64,000 nucleotides of DNA. Source: an uncultured Gammaproteobacteria bacterium (GTDB lineage Bacteria; Cyanobacteriota; Vampirovibrionia; Gastranaerophilales; CAJFVJ01). Numbering within the stretch: position 1 is the first letter of the stretch; each line of letters begins with the position of its first letter. Both the position numbers and the translations under genes were made by a program. Shown piece by piece: positions 18,757 to 27,438 of this stretch. The notes beneath the pieces were generated by a model. That model had not been told where the DNA came from, made no database searches, and saw nothing but the letters and a program-made list of their open reading frames with translations. Location of the stretch: NCBI GenBank assembly GCA_964444415.1, contig CAYUHE010000001.1:4889-68888 (forward strand). Reading direction: 5' to 3'.

Positions 18757-19731
18757 ATGGCCATAGCAGGTTTCAATCCGGAAGAATTTGCTAGAAGCTT
18801 AACGGAGCAGGCAAAAGAAGTATTGCCTGCTGATTTGCCTAAAGAAGAACGGGATTTTGTAGCCCATATTTTATATCGTTTTTGTATGCTGGCAGGAGAT
18901 GCCCTAGACAAAGATGAAACCTGTACTCTCAATGCCCAACAAGCTTCTATTATCACCCAATTTATTGGAGAATGGAGCTTTCACAAAAGTATCGACCTTA
19001 TTCGCTCCGGCATTCCTATAGATAAGCGTGACCCTATTTTGCAAAAAGTAGCTTTCGCTGTTTTTGAGGAATCTCGTGATGTTATCATAAATAATATTGA
19101 GCAAAACGAAGCAATTACAAGAGTCGAAAATGCAGTGGCGGCAGCGTATCAAGAAGCTTTAGATGAGATGCAAAAACAGCACCAGCTTGATGATGGACTG
19201 GCAGCTAAAGCTAAACAAGAATCTAATATCGACAAAATGGCCAAAGATGTAGCCGCAGCAGAAGGTGAAGCAAATCAACAGCAACAACAATCCGGCAATA
19301 AAGAAATTGATCCGTCAAAAAAACTTTTGCGATTAGCCTCTATTGCTTTACTGTTAAAAAAAATGAGTGCCAAAAATGTCGCAGCAATTTTATCCAAATT
19401 TGAAGAAAGAGATAGAAAAGCTATTTCTTCTTATATGCAAGTAGAGGGACTAGAGGAGGCCTTTGATATGAGTAAAATCAAAGATTATATGCACGATTTC
19501 TTGCTCACAATTCCGCAAGAAGCACAAGCATATAACGAAAAACAAACCCGCCAAAAATATACAGAATTGGCAAAAAGTGCTCCGCAAGAAAAACTGGAAT
19601 CTGTTTTAAGAACGGAACGCTCAAAAGTTAAAAATTCTATCGAAAATGCAAAAAAAGTAAAAGAAATGCCACAAAAAGTATCCGGCATTGTTTTTGAATA
19701 TCTGAAGGAAAAAGTCAGCACACAATTATGA
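18757..19731 (+). CDS. Protein occupying the fliG position: only a FliG-N/MgtE-N-like helical repeat is recognisable, the rest is unassigned
   Basis: 324 aa between fliF and fliH, with an ATGA overlap with fliH. LLRLASIALLLKKMSAKNVAAILSKFEERDRKAISSYM resembles the FliG N-domain. No EHPQ-type or torque-helix motifs seen. Confidence 0.5.
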   Translation: MAIAGFNPEEFARSLTEQAKEVLPADLPKEERDFVAHILYRFCMLAGDALDKDETCTLNAQQASIITQFIGEWSFHKSIDLIRSGIPIDKRDPILQKVAFAVFEESRDVIINNIEQNEAITRVENAVAAAYQEALDEMQKQHQLDDGLAAKAKQESNIDKMAKDVAAAEGEANQQQQQSGNKEIDPSKKLLRLASIALLLKKMSAKNVAAILSKFEERDRKAISSYMQVEGLEEAFDMSKIKDYMHDFLLTIPQEAQAYNEKQTRQKYTELAKSAPQEKLESVLRTERSKVKNSIENAKKVKEMPQKVSGIVFEYLKEKVSTQL

Positions 19732-20435
19732 TAATAAGACGTAAAAAAAACACAACACAACAAGAAACATCTATTGAACCTGAAATCAAAACACCACAGG
19801 TTCAAAAACCTATGCTGCCAAATTATGATATTTTAAACGACTTGGACATTGATAATATTGCCCAAGAACGCTTTGAAAGACGACGCGGCGACAGAAGAAG
19901 AGGTTATCGCAGGGTTGATGATCGCAACCTGATTTCAAGAGCGGAAGAAGAAGCTAAAATCCTCAAAGAAAATGCTCAGAGAGAAGGTTTCAACCAAGGG
20001 ATAATAATTGCGAAAGAACAGCTTCTGTCATTTAGAACTGCTACTGAAGAATTTATGCATGCTAAAGAAGCATCTATTGGAATTATTCAAGAAGATTTGG
20101 CTGATTTGGCGCTAAAAATAGCAGGCAAAATTATAAAAAGAGAGGCGTCTGTTGACAAAACTATAGTGTTAAGTATTATTTCAGACGTAATGAAAGAGAT
20201 TGGGAAGGATGAAAAGCACATCATCATTAAGATTCACCCCGATGAAGCGGATGAAGTCCGAATGAATTTGCCTAATTTGTTCCCAAGTTTGCAAAGTGAA
20301 GTTAGAATGTTAATAGAGGCTGATGAGACGGTTGAATTGGGAAGTTGCATAGTCGAAACAAAAAATGGACTCGTAGACGCTCGATTTTCTACTCAGCTTG
20401 ATATATTACAAAACGCGTTTATTGAAAAACTTTAA
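19728..20435 (+). CDS. fliH: Flagellar export ATPase regulator FliH
   Basis: 235 aa. Arg-rich N-terminal region, a central coiled coil (AEEEAKILKENAQREG) and a C-terminal FliH-type domain ending in GSCIVETKNGLVDARFSTQLD. Confidence 0.75.
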   Translation: MIIRRKKNTTQQETSIEPEIKTPQVQKPMLPNYDILNDLDIDNIAQERFERRRGDRRRGYRRVDDRNLISRAEEEAKILKENAQREGFNQGIIIAKEQLLSFRTATEEFMHAKEASIGIIQEDLADLALKIAGKIIKREASVDKTIVLSIISDVMKEIGKDEKHIIIKIHPDEADEVRMNLPNLFPSLQSEVRMLIEADETVELGSCIVETKNGLVDARFSTQLDILQNAFIEKL

Positions 20436-20445
20436 GGAGTGAGAC

Positions 20446-22542
20446 TTGGCTAACGCAGGGGGAGCCCCAACTATTCCAATAAGTGAAATAGCCTTAGGCA
20501 TGTTCGTCTTAGGGCTTATTCTAATCTTGATTATTGAAGTTCCTCCTATAGTAATTGATGCTTCGATAAGTTTAAATATAACACTTGGAATTGTCCTTCT
20601 GATGATATCGCTCTTTGTCAACAAACCCTTAGAGTTGGCATCTTTCCCATCTATAATTCTTATCGGAACAATGTTTAGACTGGTACTGGGTATTGCCACA
20701 ACAAGATTGATTTTGGCACATGGTGAAGCGGGACAATCCGTTGAAGCCTTCGGGCAATTCGTAACAGGCGGCAACATGATTGTTGGGGTTGTAATATTTT
20801 GTATTATTACCCTCGTTCAGTTTATGGTTGTAACAAAAGGTGCCGAGCGTATTGCAGAAGTATCAGCAAGATTTGCATTGGACGCTATGCCGGGTAAACA
20901 AATGACAATTGATGCGGATTTCAATGCAGGACTGATTTCTCCTGATGAAGCGGTCAAAAAAAGAGAAGACTTACAACGAGAATCAGCACTATACGGGTCT
21001 ATGGATGGTGCTATGAAATTCGTAAAAGGAGATACTATTGCAGGTATCATCATAGTTATTATCAACATCATCGGCGGCTTATGCATCGGGATGTTTATGA
21101 ACGACCTTCCTATAGAAGAAGCTCTTAATAAATATACAATACTTACAATCGGGGATGGCTTGGCATCTCAGCTACCATCACTACTTATGGCAATATCAAG
21201 CGGTATCATAATGACTCGTTCTACTTCTGATGGGACAAGTTTGGGCAAAGAAGTTTCTGCACAATTAATGAATAAACCTTACGGGCTTTTCTATGCAGCA
21301 GCTTTTTTAGCATTAATTACTGTAACAGGCGGTATTACACATCTTCCCTGGCCATTTTTCTTAATAGGTACAATCATTTTGACAGTTTCAGGACTGTCTG
21401 TATTAATCAACCAAGATGTTCAATCACAGTTGGGTCAACTCGATAATGTCAAACAAAGTATGCAAGATTTGGTTAATCCTAACAGAATGTATGAGCGTTT
21501 GGGTGTAGATATTTTGGGACTGCAAGTAGGCTTAGGGCTACTTAAAATAGCTGACCCCGAACAAGATGGGGACTTATTAGCCAAAATTGCTGCCCTCAGG
21601 CAGCGTGTAACCGATGAACTCGGTTATATCATACCGAACATAAGAATTATGGATTCAACAGCCCTTGGCGAAAAAGAATACATGATTTCAATCCGTGGAA
21701 ACAACGTAGCCACAGGATTTGTCGAACCTGACAGAGTTATGGTTATTGCCGAACAATGGGATTCTACTGGGCACCCTATTCCTCAAGATGTTATTACCGG
21801 CTTAGACCCTACTTATCAGGCTCAGGCGTATTGGGTCAAACCTCGTGATGCAGAGGGCTTGGATGGCATCACAGGCGTAACTGCAACAGATGTAATCGTC
21901 ACACACTTACAAGAATCTGTACGCAAATATGTAGATGAAGTAATGACAAAAACTGACGTCTTGAAGCTTATGGAACTTGTCAAAAGTCAAGATCCGACCC
22001 TTGTTAACGACCTTGTACCGACAATTATCTCAACAAGCGACTTAAGAAAAATATTTGTAAACCTAATCAGAGAACGTGTTTCAATAAAAGATATTATCTT
22101 TATTTTTGAAAGACTTTGCGACTATGCAAGATTTTCAAAAGAACCCGATATCCTTTCTGAGCGTCTGAGAGCAGCTTTGGGACGTCCTATCTGCCTACAA
22201 AACGCCACAGATGAAGGGATTTTGTACACTTTGACACTCTCGTCAGAATGGGAAAAAGCCCTTGACGATTCTTGCCAGAGAACAGAACTTGGTACAATGT
22301 TTATGCTAAATCCTCTACAGGTGCAAGAATTAATTGAAACCACCGCATCAACGCTCATGAGAGCCCACCAAATAATAGGACAACAGCCTGTAGTGCTTTG
22401 CTCTCCAAGAATTAGATTGCCTCTATATCAGCTTCTGGAACGTCATATCCCGACTATAGTCGTTATTTCATACAGTGAACTTATTACTGATATCAAGGTT
22501 GAAGCCATTGATACTATTGGCGAAGGGGAGTTTGTTTCATAA
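20446..22542 (+). CDS. flhA: Flagellar export gate protein FlhA
   Basis: 698 aa. TTG start 6 nt after AAGGAG (20434-20439). Has FPSIILIGTMFRLVLGIATTRLIL, VVTKGAERIAEVSARFALDAMPGKQMTIDAD and a large cytoplasmic C-domain. Confidence 0.95.
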   Translation: MANAGGAPTIPISEIALGMFVLGLILILIIEVPPIVIDASISLNITLGIVLLMISLFVNKPLELASFPSIILIGTMFRLVLGIATTRLILAHGEAGQSVEAFGQFVTGGNMIVGVVIFCIITLVQFMVVTKGAERIAEVSARFALDAMPGKQMTIDADFNAGLISPDEAVKKREDLQRESALYGSMDGAMKFVKGDTIAGIIIVIINIIGGLCIGMFMNDLPIEEALNKYTILTIGDGLASQLPSLLMAISSGIIMTRSTSDGTSLGKEVSAQLMNKPYGLFYAAAFLALITVTGGITHLPWPFFLIGTIILTVSGLSVLINQDVQSQLGQLDNVKQSMQDLVNPNRMYERLGVDILGLQVGLGLLKIADPEQDGDLLAKIAALRQRVTDELGYIIPNIRIMDSTALGEKEYMISIRGNNVATGFVEPDRVMVIAEQWDSTGHPIPQDVITGLDPTYQAQAYWVKPRDAEGLDGITGVTATDVIVTHLQESVRKYVDEVMTKTDVLKLMELVKSQDPTLVNDLVPTIISTSDLRKIFVNLIRERVSIKDIIFIFERLCDYARFSKEPDILSERLRAALGRPICLQNATDEGILYTLTLSSEWEKALDDSCQRTELGTMFMLNPLQVQELIETTASTLMRAHQIIGQQPVVLCSPRIRLPLYQLLERHIPTIVVISYSELITDIKVEAIDTIGEGEFVS

Positions 22543-23877
22543 ATGAAAAAATCAGTTGAAGAAATAAAAAGCCGAGCAATAGATATTCTGAATAATACCA
22601 AAACTTACAACTATAAAGGTACAGTATCAAAGCTTTTAGGTCTAACTGTAGAAGTCAAATTACCGGGGCTTAGAATCGGTGATTTGTGCTACATCGAAAA
22701 TCATTTTGGCGAAAAAAAAGCCGCCGAAGTCGTAGCTTTCAAAGGTGATATGGCACAGCTTTTGTTACTTTATGACGGTTCAGGAATTGGTCAAGGGAGC
22801 CTTGTTCAATCAACAGGTAAACCCATCACAATACCTGTAGGCGACTTTTTGCTAAATAGGCTGATAAACCCTCTTGGCGAACCTATTGACGGCAAACCGC
22901 TTGACACATCAAATGCTCAATGGATTACAATTGACGGCGCTCCGCCTGATGCTTTTGAAAGACCTATTATTGACAAAAAATTCTCAACAGGAATCAGAGC
23001 CATCGATTCGCTTCTTACATTTGGAGCAGGGCAGCGTATGGGACTATTTGCAGGCTCAGGGGTCGGTAAAAGTACTATTTTAGGCATGATTGCACGAAAC
23101 TCCGATGCCGAAGTCAATGTTCTCGCATTGATTGGAGAGCGTGGACGTGAAGTCAGAGAATTTATCGAACACTCTCTCGGTCCCGAAGGTATGAAACGCT
23201 CTGTTATCGTATGCTCTACAGGCGACCAGCCACCTCTAATTCGTATGAAATGCTTACAGACAGCTACTGCCGTTTGCGAATATTTTAGGGACCAAGGCAA
23301 AAAAGTTTTTCTTATGACAGATACTGTCACACGTTGTGCGATTGCAGGTCGTGAAGTCGGTCTGTCAATCGGTGAACCTCCTACAATGAAAGGCTATCCG
23401 CCATCTATTTTCTCTTGGCTTCAGAGAGTTCTTGAGCGGACAGGATGCAGTCCAAAAGGTTCAATCACAGCTCTATATACTGTTTTGATGGAAGGTGATG
23501 ACATCACGGATCCTATTGTAGATACTGTCAGAGGTATTGTAGACGGGCACGTATTCTTGTCTCGAAAAGTTGCCGAGATGAATCATTATCCTGCAATTGA
23601 TGTTCTGGGAAGTATTTCGAGGCTTTTCACAGAAGTTGCAGATGACGAACACAAAAAGGCTGCCGCAAAAATGCGTACGCTGCTTGCTTTGTATCGTGAG
23701 AACAAAGATCTTATTGATGTCGGCATGTATCAAATGGGTACAAACCCAAAACTTGACCTTGCTATTGAACTTATGCCTGACATAAACAAATTTTTGCAAC
23801 AAGCCACAAGTGATAGCGTAAATATGGATGGAACCATCGAAACTCTAAAAGAAATGATGGCAGATGTTGAAATCTAA
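22543..23877 (+). CDS. fliI: Flagellum-specific ATPase FliI
   Basis: 444 aa. Walker A GLFAGSGVGKSTILGMI, Walker B VFLMTDTVTR, and HYPAIDVLGSISR. Confidence 0.95.
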   Translation: MKKSVEEIKSRAIDILNNTKTYNYKGTVSKLLGLTVEVKLPGLRIGDLCYIENHFGEKKAAEVVAFKGDMAQLLLLYDGSGIGQGSLVQSTGKPITIPVGDFLLNRLINPLGEPIDGKPLDTSNAQWITIDGAPPDAFERPIIDKKFSTGIRAIDSLLTFGAGQRMGLFAGSGVGKSTILGMIARNSDAEVNVLALIGERGREVREFIEHSLGPEGMKRSVIVCSTGDQPPLIRMKCLQTATAVCEYFRDQGKKVFLMTDTVTRCAIAGREVGLSIGEPPTMKGYPPSIFSWLQRVLERTGCSPKGSITALYTVLMEGDDITDPIVDTVRGIVDGHVFLSRKVAEMNHYPAIDVLGSISRLFTEVADDEHKKAAAKMRTLLALYRENKDLIDVGMYQMGTNPKLDLAIELMPDINKFLQQATSDSVNMDGTIETLKEMMADVEI

Positions 23878-23882
23878 TCAGC

Positions 23883-25094
23883 TTACAGCAACAACTCTAG
23901 CATAGAAAAGAATCTATTGCTGTCAGGTGTTGATTGATTATTAGCATATATATAACTCAATGTAAATCTAGCTTTGTTCCCTTTTATATAGTAATGCATA
24001 CCAAACGTATATTCTGTTGTTGTTTTTCCTGCAAGGCTTTTGTTGGTATTTAAAGTATCAAAACGATAAAATGCTTTAACTTTAGGCGTTATGTCATACA
24101 TAAAAGTTGAGTAATAACCGTATGATTTTGCAGCTGAAAGAAATCGTCCATTATACCCATTTGCATAAGCATATTCAAAATCGACATGGGCTTTTTTGTA
24201 ATCGTAAATAGCATGCCCGGAATAAACACTATAACTAGTCTCTCGTTGACCTACTGTGTAACTTCCGCCTGTTTTTAATTTCCCGTATTTTTGAGTGTTT
24301 CTAATAGGCTTAAAGCTAACCAAACTAGCAAATTCAGGAGCACTATTAAAAGTATCTTTCAAAAATCTTCCAGTATCAAAAACACCTGCTTGGTATTCCA
24401 CTCGATCCCAATCACCGGAAACTTTTGCACCGATAGAGGTAATATTATTATATTTGTTGCCAAATTGAGAGCGACGTCCTGTAGACAATCTGAATATTGA
24501 ACTGCACCCGTCCAAAGTAGTCGGAACTCTTTGCTGTCCGACAGTTAACTGATGATGCTTGTCAATTGGTCTTTTAACATAATATTCAAATAATCTGTGT
24601 TCAAAATTTGAATACTGCGGATAATCATAAAAAGGAGCAAAAGAGAAATTGTAGATAGTTCCGTCTCTAAAATGTCCTTTAACGCCATATAATGAAACCT
24701 GATTGTTAATTGTATTATGGGCATGACCTGCATTCGGAACAAAACCATTGAACATAGCGTCATGTCCCAAAATCAAACTGGCATCTTTTATTATTCCTTC
24801 ATCAAAAGTTTTTTCAAAATTCCTATTGAAAATATTTTGCTCCACCTGAATACTTACAGGGGGCAATGGTTTAGGCACTTCAGCAGGTTTAACTTGGATA
24901 AACCCATTGTCCGAAGCTTGATTTTTTGGAGCTTCAGCTATCACTTCCAGCAGTTGCCCTTGTGACTGTTCTTGCGGCTGCAAAACAATAACTTCTTGCT
25001 GTTGAATGGTAGCATTGGTTTTAGCGTAACAATTCAGCACAAAAAAACAAAGCACAAAAATGCACAGAGCGAATTTAAATCCCTTTTTCATCAT
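23883..25094 (-). CDS. Putative outer-membrane beta-barrel porin
   Basis: 403 aa. Signal peptide MMKKGFKFALCIFVLCFFVLNCYA, a Q-rich linker, then alternating aromatic/Gly beta-strand patterning (YGYYSTFMYDI, FTLSYIYAN). Confidence 0.55.
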   Translation of the reverse strand: MMKKGFKFALCIFVLCFFVLNCYAKTNATIQQQEVIVLQPQEQSQGQLLEVIAEAPKNQASDNGFIQVKPAEVPKPLPPVSIQVEQNIFNRNFEKTFDEGIIKDASLILGHDAMFNGFVPNAGHAHNTINNQVSLYGVKGHFRDGTIYNFSFAPFYDYPQYSNFEHRLFEYYVKRPIDKHHQLTVGQQRVPTTLDGCSSIFRLSTGRRSQFGNKYNNITSIGAKVSGDWDRVEYQAGVFDTGRFLKDTFNSAPEFASLVSFKPIRNTQKYGKLKTGGSYTVGQRETSYSVYSGHAIYDYKKAHVDFEYAYANGYNGRFLSAAKSYGYYSTFMYDITPKVKAFYRFDTLNTNKSLAGKTTTEYTFGMHYYIKGNKARFTLSYIYANNQSTPDSNRFFSMLELLL

Positions 25095-25287
25095 TAATTC
25101 CAGACCATCTAATACTAATATCGAATTATTATTAAAACATAAATAATAAAAGTGAGCATATTTTGTTAAGAAATTGTGATAATTTTCACCGTTGATTAAG
25201 ATAACAAAAAATATGCTAATAATTTGAAAATCTTTCCTGTAAGTGGTAAATTTAGTTAGTAATAATCATTTTACAAAGGAATTTCAA

Positions 25288-27045
25288 ATGAGTGAAAACA
25301 ATCTAGATGTCTTGAGGCACTCAGCTTCCCATATTATGGCGCAAGCTGTCCAAAACCTTTTTCCACAAGCAAAACTAGCCATCGGCCCAAGCATTGCCAC
25401 GGGATTTTATTATGACTTTGACATCCCGGATTATACTTTGACACCAGAGGATTTACCAAAAATTGAAGAAGAAATGAAGCGCCTTGCTCAAATGGGGCTT
25501 AAATTTGAAGCGTACACGATTCCTGATGTAGATGCTCAAATTCAAGAATTCAAAAATCAGGGCGAAATTTATAAAGCAGAACTTTTGGAAGAACACCGCG
25601 ATCACAATCCTACTCTTTATTTCACCAAAGACAAAGAAGGAAATATCTTATGGAATGACCTTTGTTGCGGGCCTCACCTCGAATCTAGCAAGCTAATCAA
25701 GGCTTTCAAGCTTTTATCTGTAGCAGGTGCCTATTGGAGAGGAAATGAAAACAACAAAATGCTTCAGCGTATTTATGCGACTGCCTTTTTGGACAAAAAA
25801 GAATTACAAGACTACCTCACTCAAATTGAAGAAGCTGAAAAGCGTGACCACAGAAAACTCGGCACACAATTAGATTTATTTTCGATTAGAGAAGAAATAG
25901 GTTCAGGGCTTGTGCTTTGGCACCCGAATCTGTCAGTTGTGCGTGAGCAAATCGAAAATTATTGGAGAACAGAACACCGCAAACGTGGCTACGATATAGT
26001 TTTTTCACCTCACATTGCAAAGCCTAAACTTTGGGAAATCTCAGGGCATATGGATCATTACAAAGAAAATATGTTTATGGTCAAAGCTGATGAGCAAGAA
26101 TTTGTATTGAAGCCTATGAATTGCCCATTCCACATTTTGATATATCAAGCAAAACGCCACAGTTACAGGGATTTGCCTGTTCGTTTAGCTGAACTTGGTA
26201 CTGTTTATCGTAATGAGCGTTCAGGAACTTTGGCTGGATTGACTCGTGTACAAGGCTTTACGCAAGATGATGCGCATGTTATTTGTACACCTGAGCAGTT
26301 GGTTGAAGAAATCAATGCGATTATTGATTTTGTTGATTATACGCTCAAGATGTTTGATATGAGCTATGAAGTCGAACTTTCGACTCGCCCCGAAAAATTC
26401 GTCGGAGAAATCGTAAATTGGGATAAAGCTGAAGCAGGTCTAAAAGAAGCTCTGGCAGTAAAAGGAGTTACCTATGAAATCAACGAAGGTGACGGAGCAT
26501 TTTATGGCCCGAAAATCGACTTCAAACTAAAAGATGCCATCGGTCGCACTTGGCAAGGTGCTACAATTCAATTGGATTTCAACCTTCCAGAGCGTTTCGA
26601 AATTAAATATCAAGACAAAGACGGTACAATGAAAACTCCTGTTATGCTTCATCGAGTGATTTTTGGCTCTATGGAAAGATTTATGGGCATATTAGTTGAG
26701 CATTATGCAGGTGCCTTCCCGACTTGGCTTGCTCCTGAACAAGTTTGCCTCGTTCCGATTGCCGACAATCATATAGAATATGCCGAAAAAATATTTAAAC
26801 AATTTAAAGAAGCAGGCATAAGAGTTAATCTTGATGACCGCTCAGAGAGTATGAACTACAAAATAAGAGATGCTATCAAAACTCGCAGAGTGCCTTATGT
26901 ATTGGTTATGGGTGATAGAGAAGTAGAAAATAATGAAGTCGCCATACGTGGTCGCGGACGCGATAACCTTGGCACAAAATCAATTGCTGAATTTATCGAA
27001 GCTATTCAAAAAGAAATAACATCTCGCGGAAAAGAACTTCTATAA
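25288..27045 (+). CDS. thrS: Threonyl-tRNA synthetase (short form starting at the editing domain)
   Basis: ATG at 25288 with AAAGGA at 25275-25280 (the ORF track starts at a GTG at 25243). Has LRHSASHIMAQAV, KRDHRKLG, NCPFH, FTQDDAHV and GAFYGPKIDF. Confidence 0.95.
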   Translation: MSENNLDVLRHSASHIMAQAVQNLFPQAKLAIGPSIATGFYYDFDIPDYTLTPEDLPKIEEEMKRLAQMGLKFEAYTIPDVDAQIQEFKNQGEIYKAELLEEHRDHNPTLYFTKDKEGNILWNDLCCGPHLESSKLIKAFKLLSVAGAYWRGNENNKMLQRIYATAFLDKKELQDYLTQIEEAEKRDHRKLGTQLDLFSIREEIGSGLVLWHPNLSVVREQIENYWRTEHRKRGYDIVFSPHIAKPKLWEISGHMDHYKENMFMVKADEQEFVLKPMNCPFHILIYQAKRHSYRDLPVRLAELGTVYRNERSGTLAGLTRVQGFTQDDAHVICTPEQLVEEINAIIDFVDYTLKMFDMSYEVELSTRPEKFVGEIVNWDKAEAGLKEALAVKGVTYEINEGDGAFYGPKIDFKLKDAIGRTWQGATIQLDFNLPERFEIKYQDKDGTMKTPVMLHRVIFGSMERFMGILVEHYAGAFPTWLAPEQVCLVPIADNHIEYAEKIFKQFKEAGIRVNLDDRSESMNYKIRDAIKTRRVPYVLVMGDREVENNEVAIRGRGRDNLGTKSIAEFIEAIQKEITSRGKELL

Positions 27046-27048
27046 AAA

Positions 27049-27237
27049 CTAATCTAAAAGATTTTCTAAAGCTTCGGCATTTTTAGAAGCTTTTACGACG
27101 TTGATATTTCTGTTTCTTCTCATATAAGTGCGAAGAGCTTCTCTCACAAGCTCAGAACGAGTTCTTTGCTCATCAGTTGCCATTTCATCAATTTTTGTTA
27201 AAAAATCATCTGTCATAGATATTAATACTCTTGCCAT
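27049..27237 (-). CDS. Ribbon-helix-helix (CopG/MetJ-type) DNA-binding protein
   Basis: 62 aa. MARVLISMTDDFLTKIDEMATDEQRTRSELVREALRTYM is a typical RHH beta-alpha-alpha pattern. Confidence 0.65.
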   Translation of the reverse strand: MARVLISMTDDFLTKIDEMATDEQRTRSELVREALRTYMRRNRNINVVKASKNAEALENLLD

Positions 27238-27438
27238 TTTTTGTCTCCCTAAATCAACGGTACAAGATTATTATATAACAATATGATATATAATTGACAT
27301 CATTTTACGAAAAGTTAATATTTGCTGTCTTGGATTATTTGACAGCTCAACATCACTTCGCTTTGCTACAATTTTTTTACAAAATTTTCGCTTCGCAGGA
27401 TATCTCGCAAGGCGGGTTATACCCCCGTCAAAATCTGC

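Noticed and set aside
20406-20777. 123-aa minus-strand ORF, with similar antisense ORFs at 20817-21086, 22122-22358 and 22917-23330
   Set aside because: All are shadow ORFs opposite flhA or fliI. None has an RBS or recognisable motifs.
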